A DNA stretch of 54,716 bases from the IMG/VR virus record IMGVR_UViG_3300032050_000032. One strand, written 5' to 3'. Source of the DNA: an uncultured virus (IMG/VR IMGVR_UViG_3300032050_000032) (taxonomy: Duplodnaviria; Heunggongvirae; Uroviricota; Caudoviricetes). Of the stretch, positions 1 through 9,960 are shown in pieces. The notes under the pieces are model-generated. The model was given only the letters and a program-made list of their open reading frames with translations. It did not search any database and was not told the origin of the DNA. The number at the start of each line of letters is the position of its first letter. Within the stretch, counting starts at the first letter, position 1. A program made the position numbers and the translations under genes.

Positions 1-474
1 GTTATAAACCATCTCAACGATTCTATCCTCAAGAAATTTTTCATAACTTTCTTTTTGAGCCTTCTTTTTATAATCAACCGTTTTTTCAGGATGTTTCTTT
101 TTTGGGTTTTTTCCATAGTCTTTTTTTGTTGTGTCGTCCGAAAATTCTTTCGCCATATCACACCATTTCTTTTTTTCCTTACCTTTAGATTTATTACATT
201 TAGCCCAAAATAATCCTTGTTGTGCTTTGGACTCAAATTTTTCTTCCAATTCAACAGATGCGTTAGGATCTGATTTAGTTACCATATTTTGAACCGCTTC
301 CATATCTTTAGGGTTTTTTAATGGTTGATATACGGTTTTAGTTACCGCCTCTTTAGATTCTTCTTTTTTAAATCTTTCCGCTAAAACTTTAATTTGTTTT
401 TCCGACATATTTGTTAAAGTGGAAAAATGAATTCCATTTTCCAACAATACAGTAATAGGGTTTTTAGTTCTCAT
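1..474 (-). CDS. Hypothetical protein, 3' end runs off the window (MRTKNPITVLLENGIHF...)
   Basis: Translated by hand; ATG at 474 overlaps the stop of the upstream ORF and the frame is open to position 1. Confidence 0.75.
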   Translation of the reverse strand, partial: MRTKNPITVLLENGIHFSTLTNMSEKQIKVLAERFKKEESKEAVTKTVYQPLKNPKDMEAVQNMVTKSDPNASVELEEKFESKAQQGLFWAKCNKSKGKEKKKWCDMAKEFSDDTTKKDYGKNPKKKHPEKTVDYKKKAQKESYEKFLEDRIVEMVYN

Positions 475-871
475 ATACCACTTTTTTTTCAAACTCAAGA
501 ACGATATCTCGTTCATATAATTTATTTTTTACTTCTTCTTCGGTTTGTCCAAATTTGAAGACTAACCTTTTTGTTACTGAGAAATCTAACTCTTCAGTTT
601 CTTTTTCCCAACCTAACGCAATAACATCGTCAGTCGCGTCTATAAGTGAAAAAACATCGGAATCCTGAATTAATTCCAATGTTATTTCTCCGTTCCTTAA
701 TACACCAACTTTTTTAACATACTCAATATCTGGAGGAAGTGGGTAACCATTTGCAGGTTTTGATTCCCAATTTTCACCCCAAACTTCTAAGGTATCTGAA
801 AATATAAATTCATAAATATTATCACCTTTGTAGTTTGGTCCCAAACCATTGATGTATATTAATTTATTCAT
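464..871 (-). CDS. Hypothetical phage protein
   Basis: 135-aa ORF overlapping both neighbours. Confidence 0.8.
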   Translation of the reverse strand: MNKLIYINGLGPNYKGDNIYEFIFSDTLEVWGENWESKPANGYPLPPDIEYVKKVGVLRNGEITLELIQDSDVFSLIDATDDVIALGWEKETEELDFSVTKRLVFKFGQTEEEVKNKLYERDIVLEFEKKVVYEN

Positions 872-2349
872 ATAATCGTTCCGTTTGGTGAAATTCTAAA
901 TTGATTTTCGTTTACTTTGAATATCAAATTTTTCTTATTTGTAATTCCAATTAAACTTGCTTTTTTATTTTCACTCAAAAATTTAACCGCCATTCTTTCT
1001 TGACGAACTGTTTCAGACAATCTTTTAATTTCAGATTTAGTTTCAAGAATATGGTTTCTTAATTCTCTTCTTCTTTTTTCTTCATTTAATTGTTTTTCCT
1101 TATTGTCAATTTCAAAGTATTTTTTAATAATATTATCTACTTTGGATTCTCCAAATGTTCCGTGTGAGAAATGATTTTCATCATCATACATTCTTCTATG
1201 TTTTCTTGCACCTCTCATTGTATAATCATCTTCTTCATCTTCAAAACCCATTTCGTCATCAAATCCAAACTCATCCTCTTCTTCTTCGTCACCGAAATAA
1301 CGACCTCTCATAGTTCCCAACTCTTCATCATCACCATCACCGAACATTTCATCCATACCAGGTAATTTTTTACCTAATGATGACGAATAGGCCCCTTTAA
1401 GTTTATTCATAAACTTATCACCTAAATTTTGCATTTCAGCCATTTCTCCTTCAGCTGGTGGTGGAGGTAATTCTTCACCTTCTTCTCCTTCAGGTGATGG
1501 TTCCATAGGTTCTTCAGTTTCCATACCACCTTCCTCAGGCATTCCTTCTTCATCACCCTCAAAACGAGCAACAATTTCATCAACATCATCTTCATCTAAT
1601 GTTGTTAAGTCTAATGACGACAATATTGAGTTAATAACATATTTAACATCATTCCCATCCATACCTTCTTCATCTTCTTCTCCATTTGATTCAAAGTCAC
1701 GAATTTTTTGTGCTAATTTTCCTGTTAATTTTTGTATTGATTTGAATGTTACTTCTTCTTCATTTTCTTCAGTATCTTCCATGCCCTCATCTTCCATTCC
1801 TTCTTCTGATGGTGGAGGAAGTTCTCCTTCAGGTTCTACAGGAACATCTTCAGGTGCGGGAACAGGTGCCGGAGCGGGTGCTGCAGGTGCCGGAGCGGGT
1901 GCTGCGGGTGCAGGTGCTTGTTCATCAAGTTCATCCATACTGTTTGGATCCATATTTAATTTTTCTGACATATTCTTCTTAAGGTAAAATTTCTTTTCTT
2001 CACCAAATAATGAAACCTCTTCTTTATTTTCGTGAAGAGTATTTAATTCTTTAGCCATTAAATTCAGTCTTTTTAAAGCCTGAGAATAAGATGAATAATA
2101 TTTTCTATTTTTCATAGGTTCAATATAGTCAGAAACACCCTCAGAAATTTGGTGTTTAATAATGTAACCTGATTTTTCTTTAATTATTTCATATCTATTA
2201 CCATCAGCAAGAAAACGAGAATATTCTTTTGATTCGTTTTCATTAACAGGATTTGGCATATGTTCGTTATAACGAGAAATTTCTATAATTCTCTTAATTT
2301 TATCCATTCCTTGTAGTTTTTCACTACCTATCGGTCTTAAACTTCCCAT
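868..2349 (-). CDS. Acidic Pro/Glu-rich protein, possible head core/scaffold-type protein
   Basis: 493 aa with PAPAAPA repeats and long E/D tracts; function is inference only. Confidence 0.55.
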   Translation of the reverse strand: MGSLRPIGSEKLQGMDKIKRIIEISRYNEHMPNPVNENESKEYSRFLADGNRYEIIKEKSGYIIKHQISEGVSDYIEPMKNRKYYSSYSQALKRLNLMAKELNTLHENKEEVSLFGEEKKFYLKKNMSEKLNMDPNSMDELDEQAPAPAAPAPAPAAPAPAPVPAPEDVPVEPEGELPPPSEEGMEDEGMEDTEENEEEVTFKSIQKLTGKLAQKIRDFESNGEEDEEGMDGNDVKYVINSILSSLDLTTLDEDDVDEIVARFEGDEEGMPEEGGMETEEPMEPSPEGEEGEELPPPPAEGEMAEMQNLGDKFMNKLKGAYSSSLGKKLPGMDEMFGDGDDEELGTMRGRYFGDEEEEDEFGFDDEMGFEDEEDDYTMRGARKHRRMYDDENHFSHGTFGESKVDNIIKKYFEIDNKEKQLNEEKRRRELRNHILETKSEIKRLSETVRQERMAVKFLSENKKASLIGITNKKNLIFKVNENQFRISPNGTII

Positions 2350-2436
2350 TTTGTTTTTTTTTATAAAATTATTTTTTTATATAAATATATCATAATCATC
2401 GTTTATTAACATTACGATTAAATATGAGATTTTTTT

Positions 2437-3171
2437 TTAGTTAATAGATAACTTTTTATCTAAAAATTCATTACCAAAGTTATATAACTTTTCAATGTAC
2501 CCATTTCTTCTTAACATCTTAAACACCAAATTCTCGTTTGAGTATTCTCCGTCTTTTTCCAGTCCACAGGTTCTGTATTTTTTTAACTTATCTTTGTATT
2601 TCTTTATTAATTCTTTTGCAGTATCAATATCCTCATCTTTCATATTATTAATAACACCATCAATAATATCCATCCATTGTTTTGCTTTATTTTTAATTTG
2701 TTCTTTATCAATACTAACAGATTCTTTTTTAGGATTATTAGCCCACTCATCAAACAATACTGAATATACTCCACTACTAAAATGAGTTTCTTCTTCGTCC
2801 TGAAGATAAAGTTCTACATCATATCCATATATTGTTATATCGTGATTATCATTGAAAAGAATTTTTTTAAGGTTGAAAAATTCTTTATATAAATCAATTT
2901 GATTGGTTGGGAATTGGTTAAAATTCGCAACAATATGTAAGTCAACATCTGAATATTTTGACCAATTATAATTAGAAAGAGAACCTGTCATTATCACATC
3001 TGTAACAACAATATCAACACCTAAAAAATCAATAAATTCATACGCAATCTCAAGTAACCTTTCTCTAATATCAGGTTTCATTTTAGAGTTACTACCCTTA
3101 CCATCCCAAATTTTAGGGTTTAGTTCTTTTTGAACTTTAAAACTTGAAAGAATATCATCGTGTTTATCCAT
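2437..3171 (-). CDS. Nucleotidyltransferase (Pol-beta superfamily)
   Basis: GS-x(9)-DxD motif (TGSLSNYNWSKYSDVDLH) plus downstream acidic strand DVELY. Confidence 0.75.
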   Translation of the reverse strand: MDKHDDILSSFKVQKELNPKIWDGKGSNSKMKPDIRERLLEIAYEFIDFLGVDIVVTDVIMTGSLSNYNWSKYSDVDLHIVANFNQFPTNQIDLYKEFFNLKKILFNDNHDITIYGYDVELYLQDEEETHFSSGVYSVLFDEWANNPKKESVSIDKEQIKNKAKQWMDIIDGVINNMKDEDIDTAKELIKKYKDKLKKYRTCGLEKDGEYSNENLVFKMLRRNGYIEKLYNFGNEFLDKKLSIN

Positions 3172-3202
3172 CTATAATAAATACAATGATTAATTAATTT
3201 AT

Positions 3203-3445
3203 TTAAACTTTCTTATATTTGAAAGTTTTTGCTATTTTTGAACTAAAGAACTTACCTTGTGATTCTGACATTCTAAATTGAGTATAAGTTTGATGTGGTA
3301 CCTCATCATATTCATATTGTGTTCCATTATTAAACTCCACCATTAATTTTTTAGTGATTGTATCATAAACTGTCTTTTTGATATTACTTGATTGTATTTC
3401 ATTTATGATTGTTGTTCCTGAAATTTCTTCTTTTGTAATTGCCAT
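3203..3445 (-). CDS. KTSC domain protein
   Basis: SSNI..YD....L.VEF.NG..Y.Y..VP......S.GKFF pattern. Confidence 0.85.
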   Translation of the reverse strand: MAITKEEISGTTIINEIQSSNIKKTVYDTITKKLMVEFNNGTQYEYDEVPHQTYTQFRMSESQGKFFSSKIAKTFKYKKV

Positions 3446-3477
3446 AACTTTTTTTATTTAAAAATAAATATGGTAAA

Positions 3478-3506
3478 AAAAAAGTCCACCGAAGTGGACC
3501 TTTTTT
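3478..3506. terminator. Intrinsic terminator after hsp20
   Basis: GTCCAC-CGAA-GTGGAC hairpin flanked by A and T tracts. Confidence 0.7.
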
Positions 3507-3853
3507 TACAACAAACTAATCACTTTATTTTTCTTTTCATCTTTAAACGGGAGAGTTATTGTCAGAATTCCATCTTTTACCTCCGCAGTTACCTTTTCAT
3601 CATCGTACTTATTACCAATGGTATATGTTCTTGAAATTGAGTGGTTTTTTATTGGGGACTTCAAACCGTTAATAATAATTGATCGTTTTCCCTCAATGTG
3701 TAATGTCCCATCTTTTAATTCAACCTTTAAATTGTCTTTATTATACCCTGGTAAATCCATAATACATACAGTGGATTCATCTGTCTGATAAGTTTGTAAT
3801 AAGTTAGTTGGTTTTGTTAATGTGTAAAATTCATCAAAAATTGTGTTAAACAT
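3506..3853 (-). CDS. Small heat-shock protein (Hsp20/alpha-crystallin)
   Basis: DLPG...LKVEL.DG.L.I.G and A..KDGILTITLP motifs. Confidence 0.9.
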   Translation of the reverse strand: MFNTIFDEFYTLTKPTNLLQTYQTDESTVCIMDLPGYNKDNLKVELKDGTLHIEGKRSIIINGLKSPIKNHSISRTYTIGNKYDDEKVTAEVKDGILTITLPFKDEKKNKVISLL

Positions 3854-3919
3854 TTTTTTATTTTTTTTATTGGTTTATTTTTGTCCCTCATTTTACTAAA
3901 TGCGTGCCAAAATCATAAA

Positions 3920-3936
3920 ACTGACAAAATGTCAGT
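3920..3936. promoter_or_regulatory. Palindromic operator candidate between divergent hsp20 and clp
   Basis: ACTGACA-AAA-TGTCAGT perfect inverted repeat, with further TGACA half-sites nearby. Confidence 0.45.
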
Positions 3937-4016
3937 ATATAAAAAAAATGAATGACAGGTTGACAAAATAATATACTTTTTGTTTTTTTTAAATTACATT
4001 TTTAAAAAGTTAAAAA

Positions 4017-6074
4017 ATGATTGAATATATGGATAACGATGACAAAAATAAAAAGCCTTCTGACAAAGGAACTCCTGTGTTGGATAACTTTAGTAAGGAT
4101 TTAAATAAACTCGCAAGTGAAGGTAAATTAGATCCTGTTGTTGGTAGGGAAAAAGAAATTATGCGTATCGCACAAGTCCTTTCAAGGAGAAAGAAAAATA
4201 ATCCAATTATTGTTGGTGAACCAGGTTGTGGTAAAACCGCAATTGTAGAAGGATTGGCAATGAAGATATTTGAGGGAGATTGTCCAAAGAATTTAACAGA
4301 TAAAAGGATTGTATCTTTAGATATGAATTCCATTGTTGCAGGTACCAAATATAGAGGACAATTTGAAGAAAGAATGAAGGTTATTATTGAAGAACTTCAG
4401 AATAACCCCAATATCATTGTTTTCATTGATGAGATTCACACAATAGTTGGTGCTGGTAGTTCTTCAGGTTCATTAGACGCATCAAATATCTTCAAACCCG
4501 CATTGGCAAGAGGAGAAATCCAATGTGTTGGAGCAACAACATTAGATGAGTACCGTAAGAACTTTGAGAAGGATGGTGCATTGGAAAGAAGATTCCAAAA
4601 AATTATTGTTGATCCATCAACCAAAGAAGAAACTTTAATCATCTTAAAAAATAGTAAATCAAAATATGAGGATCACCATAAAGTTTTATATAATGAAGAA
4701 ATATTAGATTTATGTGTTGAGTTGGCGGACAGATATATTACAGATAGAGAGTTTCCTGATAAGGCGTTTGACATCCTTGATGAGGTTGGTGCAAGATCTC
4801 AAGTAGACATTAAATTACCTGAAATAATTGAAAAACTAAAACAACAAGCTTCAGATATAAAAGAAGAAAAACTTCAGGTAATTAAAAGTCAAAAGTTTGA
4901 GATGGCTGCCGAACTTAGAGATAAGGAACGAAAAATTTTAGGTAAGTTAGAAGAAGAGAAGAAAAAGTTTGATGAGGAATTAAAAATCAAGAAGAAAGAG
5001 ATTAATCCTGAATTAGTTTATGAGGTTGTTTCAAATATGACTAAGATTCCTGTTAATAAAATTACAATAGATGAAACAAAATCTTTGGTAGGTTTAGAAC
5101 AAACATTAAATGATTTGGTTATTGGACAATCTGAAGCGGTAGGAAAAATTTCCAAAGCAATCAGAAGAAACCGAGTGGGGATTAAAGATCCAAATAAACC
5201 AATTGGTTCATTCATTTTCTTAGGTTCCACTGGTGTTGGTAAGACATTCTTAGCAAAAAAATTAGCAAAAGAAATTTTTGGTAGTGAAGATAATATGATT
5301 AGAGTTGATATGTCCGAATACCAAGAGAAACACACAATCTCAAGATTGATTGGTTCACCTCCAGGATATGTAGGACATGAAGAAGGTGGACAATTAACAG
5401 AACAAGTTAAAAACAAACCGTATTCTGTAATCTTATTTGATGAGATTGAAAAGGCAAACAAAGACATCTTCTCAACATTACTTCAGATGTTGGATGATGG
5501 TCATATCACAGATAGTTTAGGAAGAAAAATTAACTTCAAAAATTGCTTGATAATTATGACATCAAATATTGGTGTTAAAAAATTACAGGATTTTGGATCA
5601 GGTGTTGGTTTTAAGAAAAGTAATTATGTTGAGGAAGAACAAAAAAGGGATATTTTAAAGAAAGAATTAAGTAAGTTCTTTGCGCCTGAATTCTTAAATA
5701 GAATTGATGATGTAGTTATATTCAATTCATTGAAGGAGAATGATATTGATAAAATTGTTAAATTAGAAATTGATAAATTAATTAAACGATTGGAGTATAT
5801 GAAATATAATGTCTCATATGATGAATCGGTTATTAAATTTATCTCTAAGGTTGGATTTGACGAACATTATGGTGCAAGACCAATTAAAAGAGCAATACAA
5901 GATAAAATTGAAGATTTAATTTCGGAAAAGATTTTACTTGAGGAGGTGTTTGAGAATAAGGAATACACTTTGTTCATTGATGGTGAGGAGGATACCCAAA
6001 CAATCAATATTAAAGAATTGGTTCCAATAGAACCAAAGAAAAGAGGTGGTAGAAAGAAAAAGGAGGTTCAATAA
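4017..6074 (+). CDS. clpC: ClpC/ClpB-family AAA+ ATPase lacking the N-terminal Clp repeat domain
   Basis: Two Walker A motifs (GEPGCGKT, GSTGVGKT), Walker B IDEIH/FDEIEK, UVR-like middle segment (FEMAAELRD), GARP; protein starts directly at NBD1. Confidence 0.9.
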   Translation: MIEYMDNDDKNKKPSDKGTPVLDNFSKDLNKLASEGKLDPVVGREKEIMRIAQVLSRRKKNNPIIVGEPGCGKTAIVEGLAMKIFEGDCPKNLTDKRIVSLDMNSIVAGTKYRGQFEERMKVIIEELQNNPNIIVFIDEIHTIVGAGSSSGSLDASNIFKPALARGEIQCVGATTLDEYRKNFEKDGALERRFQKIIVDPSTKEETLIILKNSKSKYEDHHKVLYNEEILDLCVELADRYITDREFPDKAFDILDEVGARSQVDIKLPEIIEKLKQQASDIKEEKLQVIKSQKFEMAAELRDKERKILGKLEEEKKKFDEELKIKKKEINPELVYEVVSNMTKIPVNKITIDETKSLVGLEQTLNDLVIGQSEAVGKISKAIRRNRVGIKDPNKPIGSFIFLGSTGVGKTFLAKKLAKEIFGSEDNMIRVDMSEYQEKHTISRLIGSPPGYVGHEEGGQLTEQVKNKPYSVILFDEIEKANKDIFSTLLQMLDDGHITDSLGRKINFKNCLIIMTSNIGVKKLQDFGSGVGFKKSNYVEEEQKRDILKKELSKFFAPEFLNRIDDVVIFNSLKENDIDKIVKLEIDKLIKRLEYMKYNVSYDESVIKFISKVGFDEHYGARPIKRAIQDKIEDLISEKILLEEVFENKEYTLFIDGEEDTQTINIKELVPIEPKKRGGRKKKEVQ

Positions 6075-6086
6075 CCTCCTTTTTTT
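6056..6086. terminator. Bidirectional terminator between convergent genes
   Basis: AAAAAGGAGGTT-caat-AACCTCCTTTTT. Confidence 0.75.
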
Positions 6087-6873
6087 ATATATGTTTAGAA
6101 TAACCCAGTTCGTCAATCATTAGTTTACCAACTTTAATACCGTTGTAAACATCATCAACAACAACATATTCATTTGCCGTATGATAACGGTAGTAACCGA
6201 TTGAGATATTAAAACAAGCAATATTATACTTAGTTCTAATAGGGTAGATATCCGTATATGGATGTCTATGGTATTTTGTGTTGGATGGGAAATGTTCCGT
6301 AATTAACTTACCCCCAACCTCAAAGAATTTACTCTCACGATCAAACATATTAACCCCCATCAAAAATTCAGAAATCATATTGTTCTCAGGTGCATCAAAC
6401 TGAATGGCATATCCCGTATTCTCAAAGAACTTTGGATCAGAATTAAACGAACCTTTACAACCAGTTTCCTCAGAAACAAAAAATGCCGCTTTCAGATTAG
6501 GTAATTCTTTCAATAACTCCAAACAAGCATAAACCCCACACTTGTCATCACCACCAATACCCGTTGGATTGCCTTCGTCATTATATGCCTTCAGGGATAA
6601 TTTAACATTACCCTGAGCATCAGGTAACATTTCCTCAACAACATTAATTGTGTCAATGTTATGTACCGTATCCGTATGGGCAACAACACAAGGAAAAAAC
6701 TCAATGTTTTCATCGGTTTGTTTGGTTGCATACACATTGTAAAATTCATCAACATAAAAGGGGATGTTATTTTCATCCAACCAGTCACAGATAAATTGTA
6801 CCATTAAATCTTCTTGATAAGTCTTTGTGGGAACCGACAAAACTTCTTTCAGTAATTCATAATTTCTTTCCAT
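6085..6873 (-). CDS. Zn-dependent peptidase, M20/M28/M42 clan
   Basis: HTDTV, GGDDKCG, SEETG and C-terminal YH motifs. Confidence 0.8.
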   Translation of the reverse strand: MERNYELLKEVLSVPTKTYQEDLMVQFICDWLDENNIPFYVDEFYNVYATKQTDENIEFFPCVVAHTDTVHNIDTINVVEEMLPDAQGNVKLSLKAYNDEGNPTGIGGDDKCGVYACLELLKELPNLKAAFFVSEETGCKGSFNSDPKFFENTGYAIQFDAPENNMISEFLMGVNMFDRESKFFEVGGKLITEHFPSNTKYHRHPYTDIYPIRTKYNIACFNISIGYYRYHTANEYVVVDDVYNGIKVGKLMIDELGYSKHI

Positions 6874-6895
6874 ATAACAAATATATGGAATTAAA

Positions 6896-7969
6896 TCAAA
6901 TTAAAAAAATTTTGTCTCTGATTTTTCGTATTTCATTAAATAATTCGTATTGAGTTTGCATTCTATGTAATTCGTCATAAGTTACAGAACGCTTTTCCTC
7001 ACGATTATCACTTTCATTATTCCTGAAAGATATGATTATTTTATTTGTTGAGGGGTCAACATCATCAACCTTAAAATATAAATTTTCTTTAGTTTTAATC
7101 TTATTCCATTTATCAAAACCAAATTCCTTTTCTACCGCATTTTTTACATCGTAAAATTCCTCAACATCCACAAATTTTTCATCATCTAAAATATGTTCAT
7201 ATATTCTTGTTAAGTTCCAATTTGCTGATCTATTAAATGACTCCATATCAAAATTAGTACAGCTGGTATTCCAATACATTTCATTATAATATGAATTCAC
7301 AGACACTTTGTTAACCTCCAATATTTTTTTGAATAGGTCAAAAATAGTCCCACTTTGTAAACCAAACATATCAAATAATCTTATTAAGGTATTGACGGAA
7401 CATTTGTACTTATACAATGGAACAACTTCTTTAATACCTAAATTATAAAATTTATTACTGAATTCATCAATAACTTCATCTCGTATAATATCCATTCTAC
7501 AATTGTGTTCTATGTCTGACCATTCCCACATTATATTATCTATCTCACCTTCGTACTCCTTATATAACAATTTTGATTTATTTGTAAAATCCATTTTAAC
7601 CGAATCTTTAGAGATAAAATGCGCGATTCTATCAATAAGTTCTTTGTTTTCATCATTTAGATAACTTGCAACATATCCTTGTTCCCATTCTTCTTGTAAT
7701 TGGTACCTATCAAAATCATTTTGGTATTGATTAGATAAAAATAGTTTAAGATAATAGATATCATCCTCATCTAGTAAATCAGAGTATAATTTTAAGTAAT
7801 CGTCATAATCAGAAAATACAATATTTACACTGCTTAGTCCAGGTTTGTTTTCATTAAATCTAATATCATCTAAATTATCATCATCATACCTTGAGTAGTA
7901 TGCCCATCCTGGATCATATCCGTTTTTTACTCTAACCAACAAATCATATAATTCACTATTTTTTGCCAT
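6896..7969 (-). CDS. Hypothetical protein
   Basis: Start moved to MAKNSEL (7969) because the longer call overlaps the tmRNA and its promoter. Confidence 0.75.
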   Translation of the reverse strand: MAKNSELYDLLVRVKNGYDPGWAYYSRYDDDNLDDIRFNENKPGLSSVNIVFSDYDDYLKLYSDLLDEDDIYYLKLFLSNQYQNDFDRYQLQEEWEQGYVASYLNDENKELIDRIAHFISKDSVKMDFTNKSKLLYKEYEGEIDNIMWEWSDIEHNCRMDIIRDEVIDEFSNKFYNLGIKEVVPLYKYKCSVNTLIRLFDMFGLQSGTIFDLFKKILEVNKVSVNSYYNEMYWNTSCTNFDMESFNRSANWNLTRIYEHILDDEKFVDVEEFYDVKNAVEKEFGFDKWNKIKTKENLYFKVDDVDPSTNKIIISFRNNESDNREEKRSVTYDELHRMQTQYELFNEIRKIRDKIFLI

Positions 7970-8013
7970 TACAAATAAATATACTTGAACTTGGATATAT
8001 TTAATATTATACT

Positions 8014-8043
8014 TATATTTGTATACAGAATAAGTTCTTTGAT
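8014..8043 (+). promoter_or_regulatory. Bacteroidota-type -7 box (TATATTTG) plus boxA-like GTTCTTTG upstream of tmRNA
   Basis: TAnnTTTG at 8014-8021, TTG about 20 nt upstream, GTTCTTTGAT at 8034-8043. Confidence 0.6.
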
Positions 8044-8048
8044 AATAT

Positions 8049-8451
8049 GGGGGTGTTTTTGGATTTGACAGGTATTGGCTGAAGAATAAGGGCACGTGGG
8101 GACTGAGTTAATCTCCTTAAAAACTGATTCAGAAAAACAACTGGCAATGTGCTAAACAAAATGGAAGCTATCGGATTAATCCGTACTTCTGAAGTTACTG
8201 TAGCTTAATAAGTTTACGGAAACGGGGGGTCGGTGGACATACAACCTAGCAACAGAAGTCTTTACAAAGGTGTGGTTTCTACCCGAAAAGGAACAAACCC
8301 TAATAATCAGGGGTTAATTTGATTATATCTGTTTTTGGATCGGATTTGAAAAACCAAATATTTTGGAACATTAGAAAATGTTAACCTAAACGTGTAGTCC
8401 TTATCTGACAGGATATTATGGACGAGGGTTCGAGCCCCTCCACCTCCACCA
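8049..8451 (+). ncRNA. ssrA: tmRNA
   Basis: Acceptor GGGGGTG/CACCTCC-ACCA with G3:U70, 5' GGATTTGAC motif, T arm GAGGG-TTCGAGC-CCCTC, tag frame 8143-8208 (GNVLNKMEAIGLIRTSEVTVA**). Confidence 0.95.
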
Positions 8452-8456
8452 ATTAA

Positions 8457-8486
8457 TAAACCTCATCTTACGATGGGGTTTTTTTA
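8457..8486. terminator. Terminator after tmRNA
   Basis: AAACCTCATC-TTAC-GATGGGGTTT followed by T tract. Confidence 0.75.
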
Positions 8487-8487
8487 T

Positions 8488-8757
8488 TTAGTAATTTTTA
8501 AAACGTTTTCTTACATCATGGGAGGAAACAGGTTCTATTTTATTTTTACTCCTGTATTCCATAGCTTTATGAACATCTAATATATTTTTTAAAATCATTA
8601 CAATGTCAGATGGATCAACATCCTCAAAATCCATAAGAACATTATTAATGGAAGAATATAGTTCACCTTTTCTATCGCCAAGTCCTTTGTCTTCTTTGAT
8701 TACACGTCTAACAATTCTTGTTATGTCCATTTCTGATAATTTTATTAATCTTCCCAT
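8488..8757 (-). CDS. Hypothetical protein with LTE-type leader
   Basis: N-terminus MGRLIKLSEMDITRIVRRVIKE. Confidence 0.8.
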   Translation of the reverse strand: MGRLIKLSEMDITRIVRRVIKEDKGLGDRKGELYSSINNVLMDFEDVDPSDIVMILKNILDVHKAMEYRSKNKIEPVSSHDVRKRFKNY

Positions 8758-8862
8758 AATATTATATTCTTTTATTTATAAATATATATAAAACAAAAAA
8801 AGGGATCGATTCACATCGTCCCTATTAATTTTTTTCTTATAAGATTTTAAATCTAAAATAAA

Positions 8863-9705
8863 AACCTGAGATTACAGTTTTTGTTGAGAACCTTTAGAGT
8901 CATTATTGTTTCTACTCTTATCCACTTTCTTTTGAAAAGTATTTCTCAGTGACGGTCTTTTAGGTGTACCACTCCTTGAGGTATTAGTTACTCTCTCATT
9001 ACTCAACTCTCTTCGAGGATGCCTCCCCAACTAGTCCTTGCGGGATTAGAGGTTTTTGGTAAGAATATCGTTAAACTTGCGGTTTAGACGATGCAATGAA
9101 CGGCTCATTACTATGTAGTCACCTTTCACTATTACCTGACGGACACTTTTGCTTTAAGTCTAATTTATGATTTTACTCTTCAATGTAAAAATAAAGTTCT
9201 GTGTCGTGGATTATAGAAGTAGTGGTCCGTCTTTCAGATTCGTCGTCTTTTGAACAACGAAATACCAAACTACTCCTTGAAATGTCCCCATTCCGATATT
9301 TCAAGATTACTTCGAGATTAACCCCTTGGTAGAAGTTTATCAAGGATAATGTCAGCACCACCTGTTTGTTATCATACCTTTCGGTTTTAAGTATCCTATC
9401 ATAATGGAACACGCAATAATATAATTGGATAACCATATTTTTTGCAATATCCCTACGAGTTATTCCTATTGGTGTTCCCACCTCAATCAGACGACCCACA
9501 TCGCCAAATCGTTTAACCACTTTCCCTACAGCGTTGCCCTCGGTACTAAAGGTTATACGGTATCCCGCTTGTGTACTCAAGTTCGGTTACCCAAACCGCA
9601 AACCCAACACACTTAAGGGTTCACTTTATCCTACTTTCGTAGTTTATTTCATGGACTATACACGGCCCAATATCTTTATCAGTTTCATTACTTACTCCTG
9701 AACGG
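8863..9705 (-). ncRNA. Giant structured ncRNA, GOLLD-like
   Basis: About 840 nt, richer in GC than its flanks, many GNRA-capped hairpins (CTAC-GAAA-GTAG, ACC-GAAA-GGT, CC-GCAA-GG), 3' end CTGTAATCTCAGG recalled as resembling GOLLD 3' ends; promoter and boxA upstream, terminator at 8795-8823. Family assignment not checked against Rfam. Confidence 0.65.
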
Positions 9706-9715
9706 ATAATTCAAT

Positions 9716-9785
9716 TTTCAAAGAACGATTTCGGACTTTTCCGAATTTGTTTTACAAAGTTACGACATTTGTTTTGTTTTGTCAA
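9716..9785 (-). promoter_or_regulatory. Promoter (TAACTTTG, TTGAC) + hairpin + boxA-like element driving the giant RNA
   Basis: TAACTTTG 9755-9762, hairpin TTCGGA-AAAG-TCCGAA, GTTCTTTGAAA 9716-9726. Confidence 0.6.
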
Positions 9786-9804
9786 GTACTTTGTGAACTT
9801 TTTT

Positions 9805-9960
9805 TTAATTTTTTTCTTCGTAGACATCATAAGTTCCGAAGTGGTTTGCACGAATGTTAGCGAATTCGAAGTTTGATGTCCAAAACATCTTTCCTTCAGA
9901 ATTTTTGTAACCGTACATTACAACTTCCTTAGATTCTACTGTGTTATTGTCTTCTGACAT
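9805..9960 (-). CDS. Small hypothetical protein (51 aa, MSEDNNTVESKEVV...)
   Basis: Translated by hand; upstream TAGATTTG promoter. Confidence 0.65.
   Translation of the reverse strand: MSEDNNTVESKEVVMYGYKNSEGKMFWTSNFEFANIRANHFGTYDVYEEKN

Noticed and set aside
1845..1920. Short tandem repeats as a CRISPR or other DNA repeat array
   Set aside because: In-frame coding repeats for a PAPAAPA linker; no repeat-spacer array was seen anywhere in the window
2437..3171. CBASS CD-NTase or CCA-adding enzyme
   Set aside because: Only the generic Pol-beta motif is visible, with no effector neighbours or HD/polyA-polymerase domains; specific function unresolved
9173..9616. ORFs 9173-9580 (-) and 9425-9616 (+)
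   Set aside because: They lie within the hairpin-dense giant RNA, have atypical composition and no recognisable motifs
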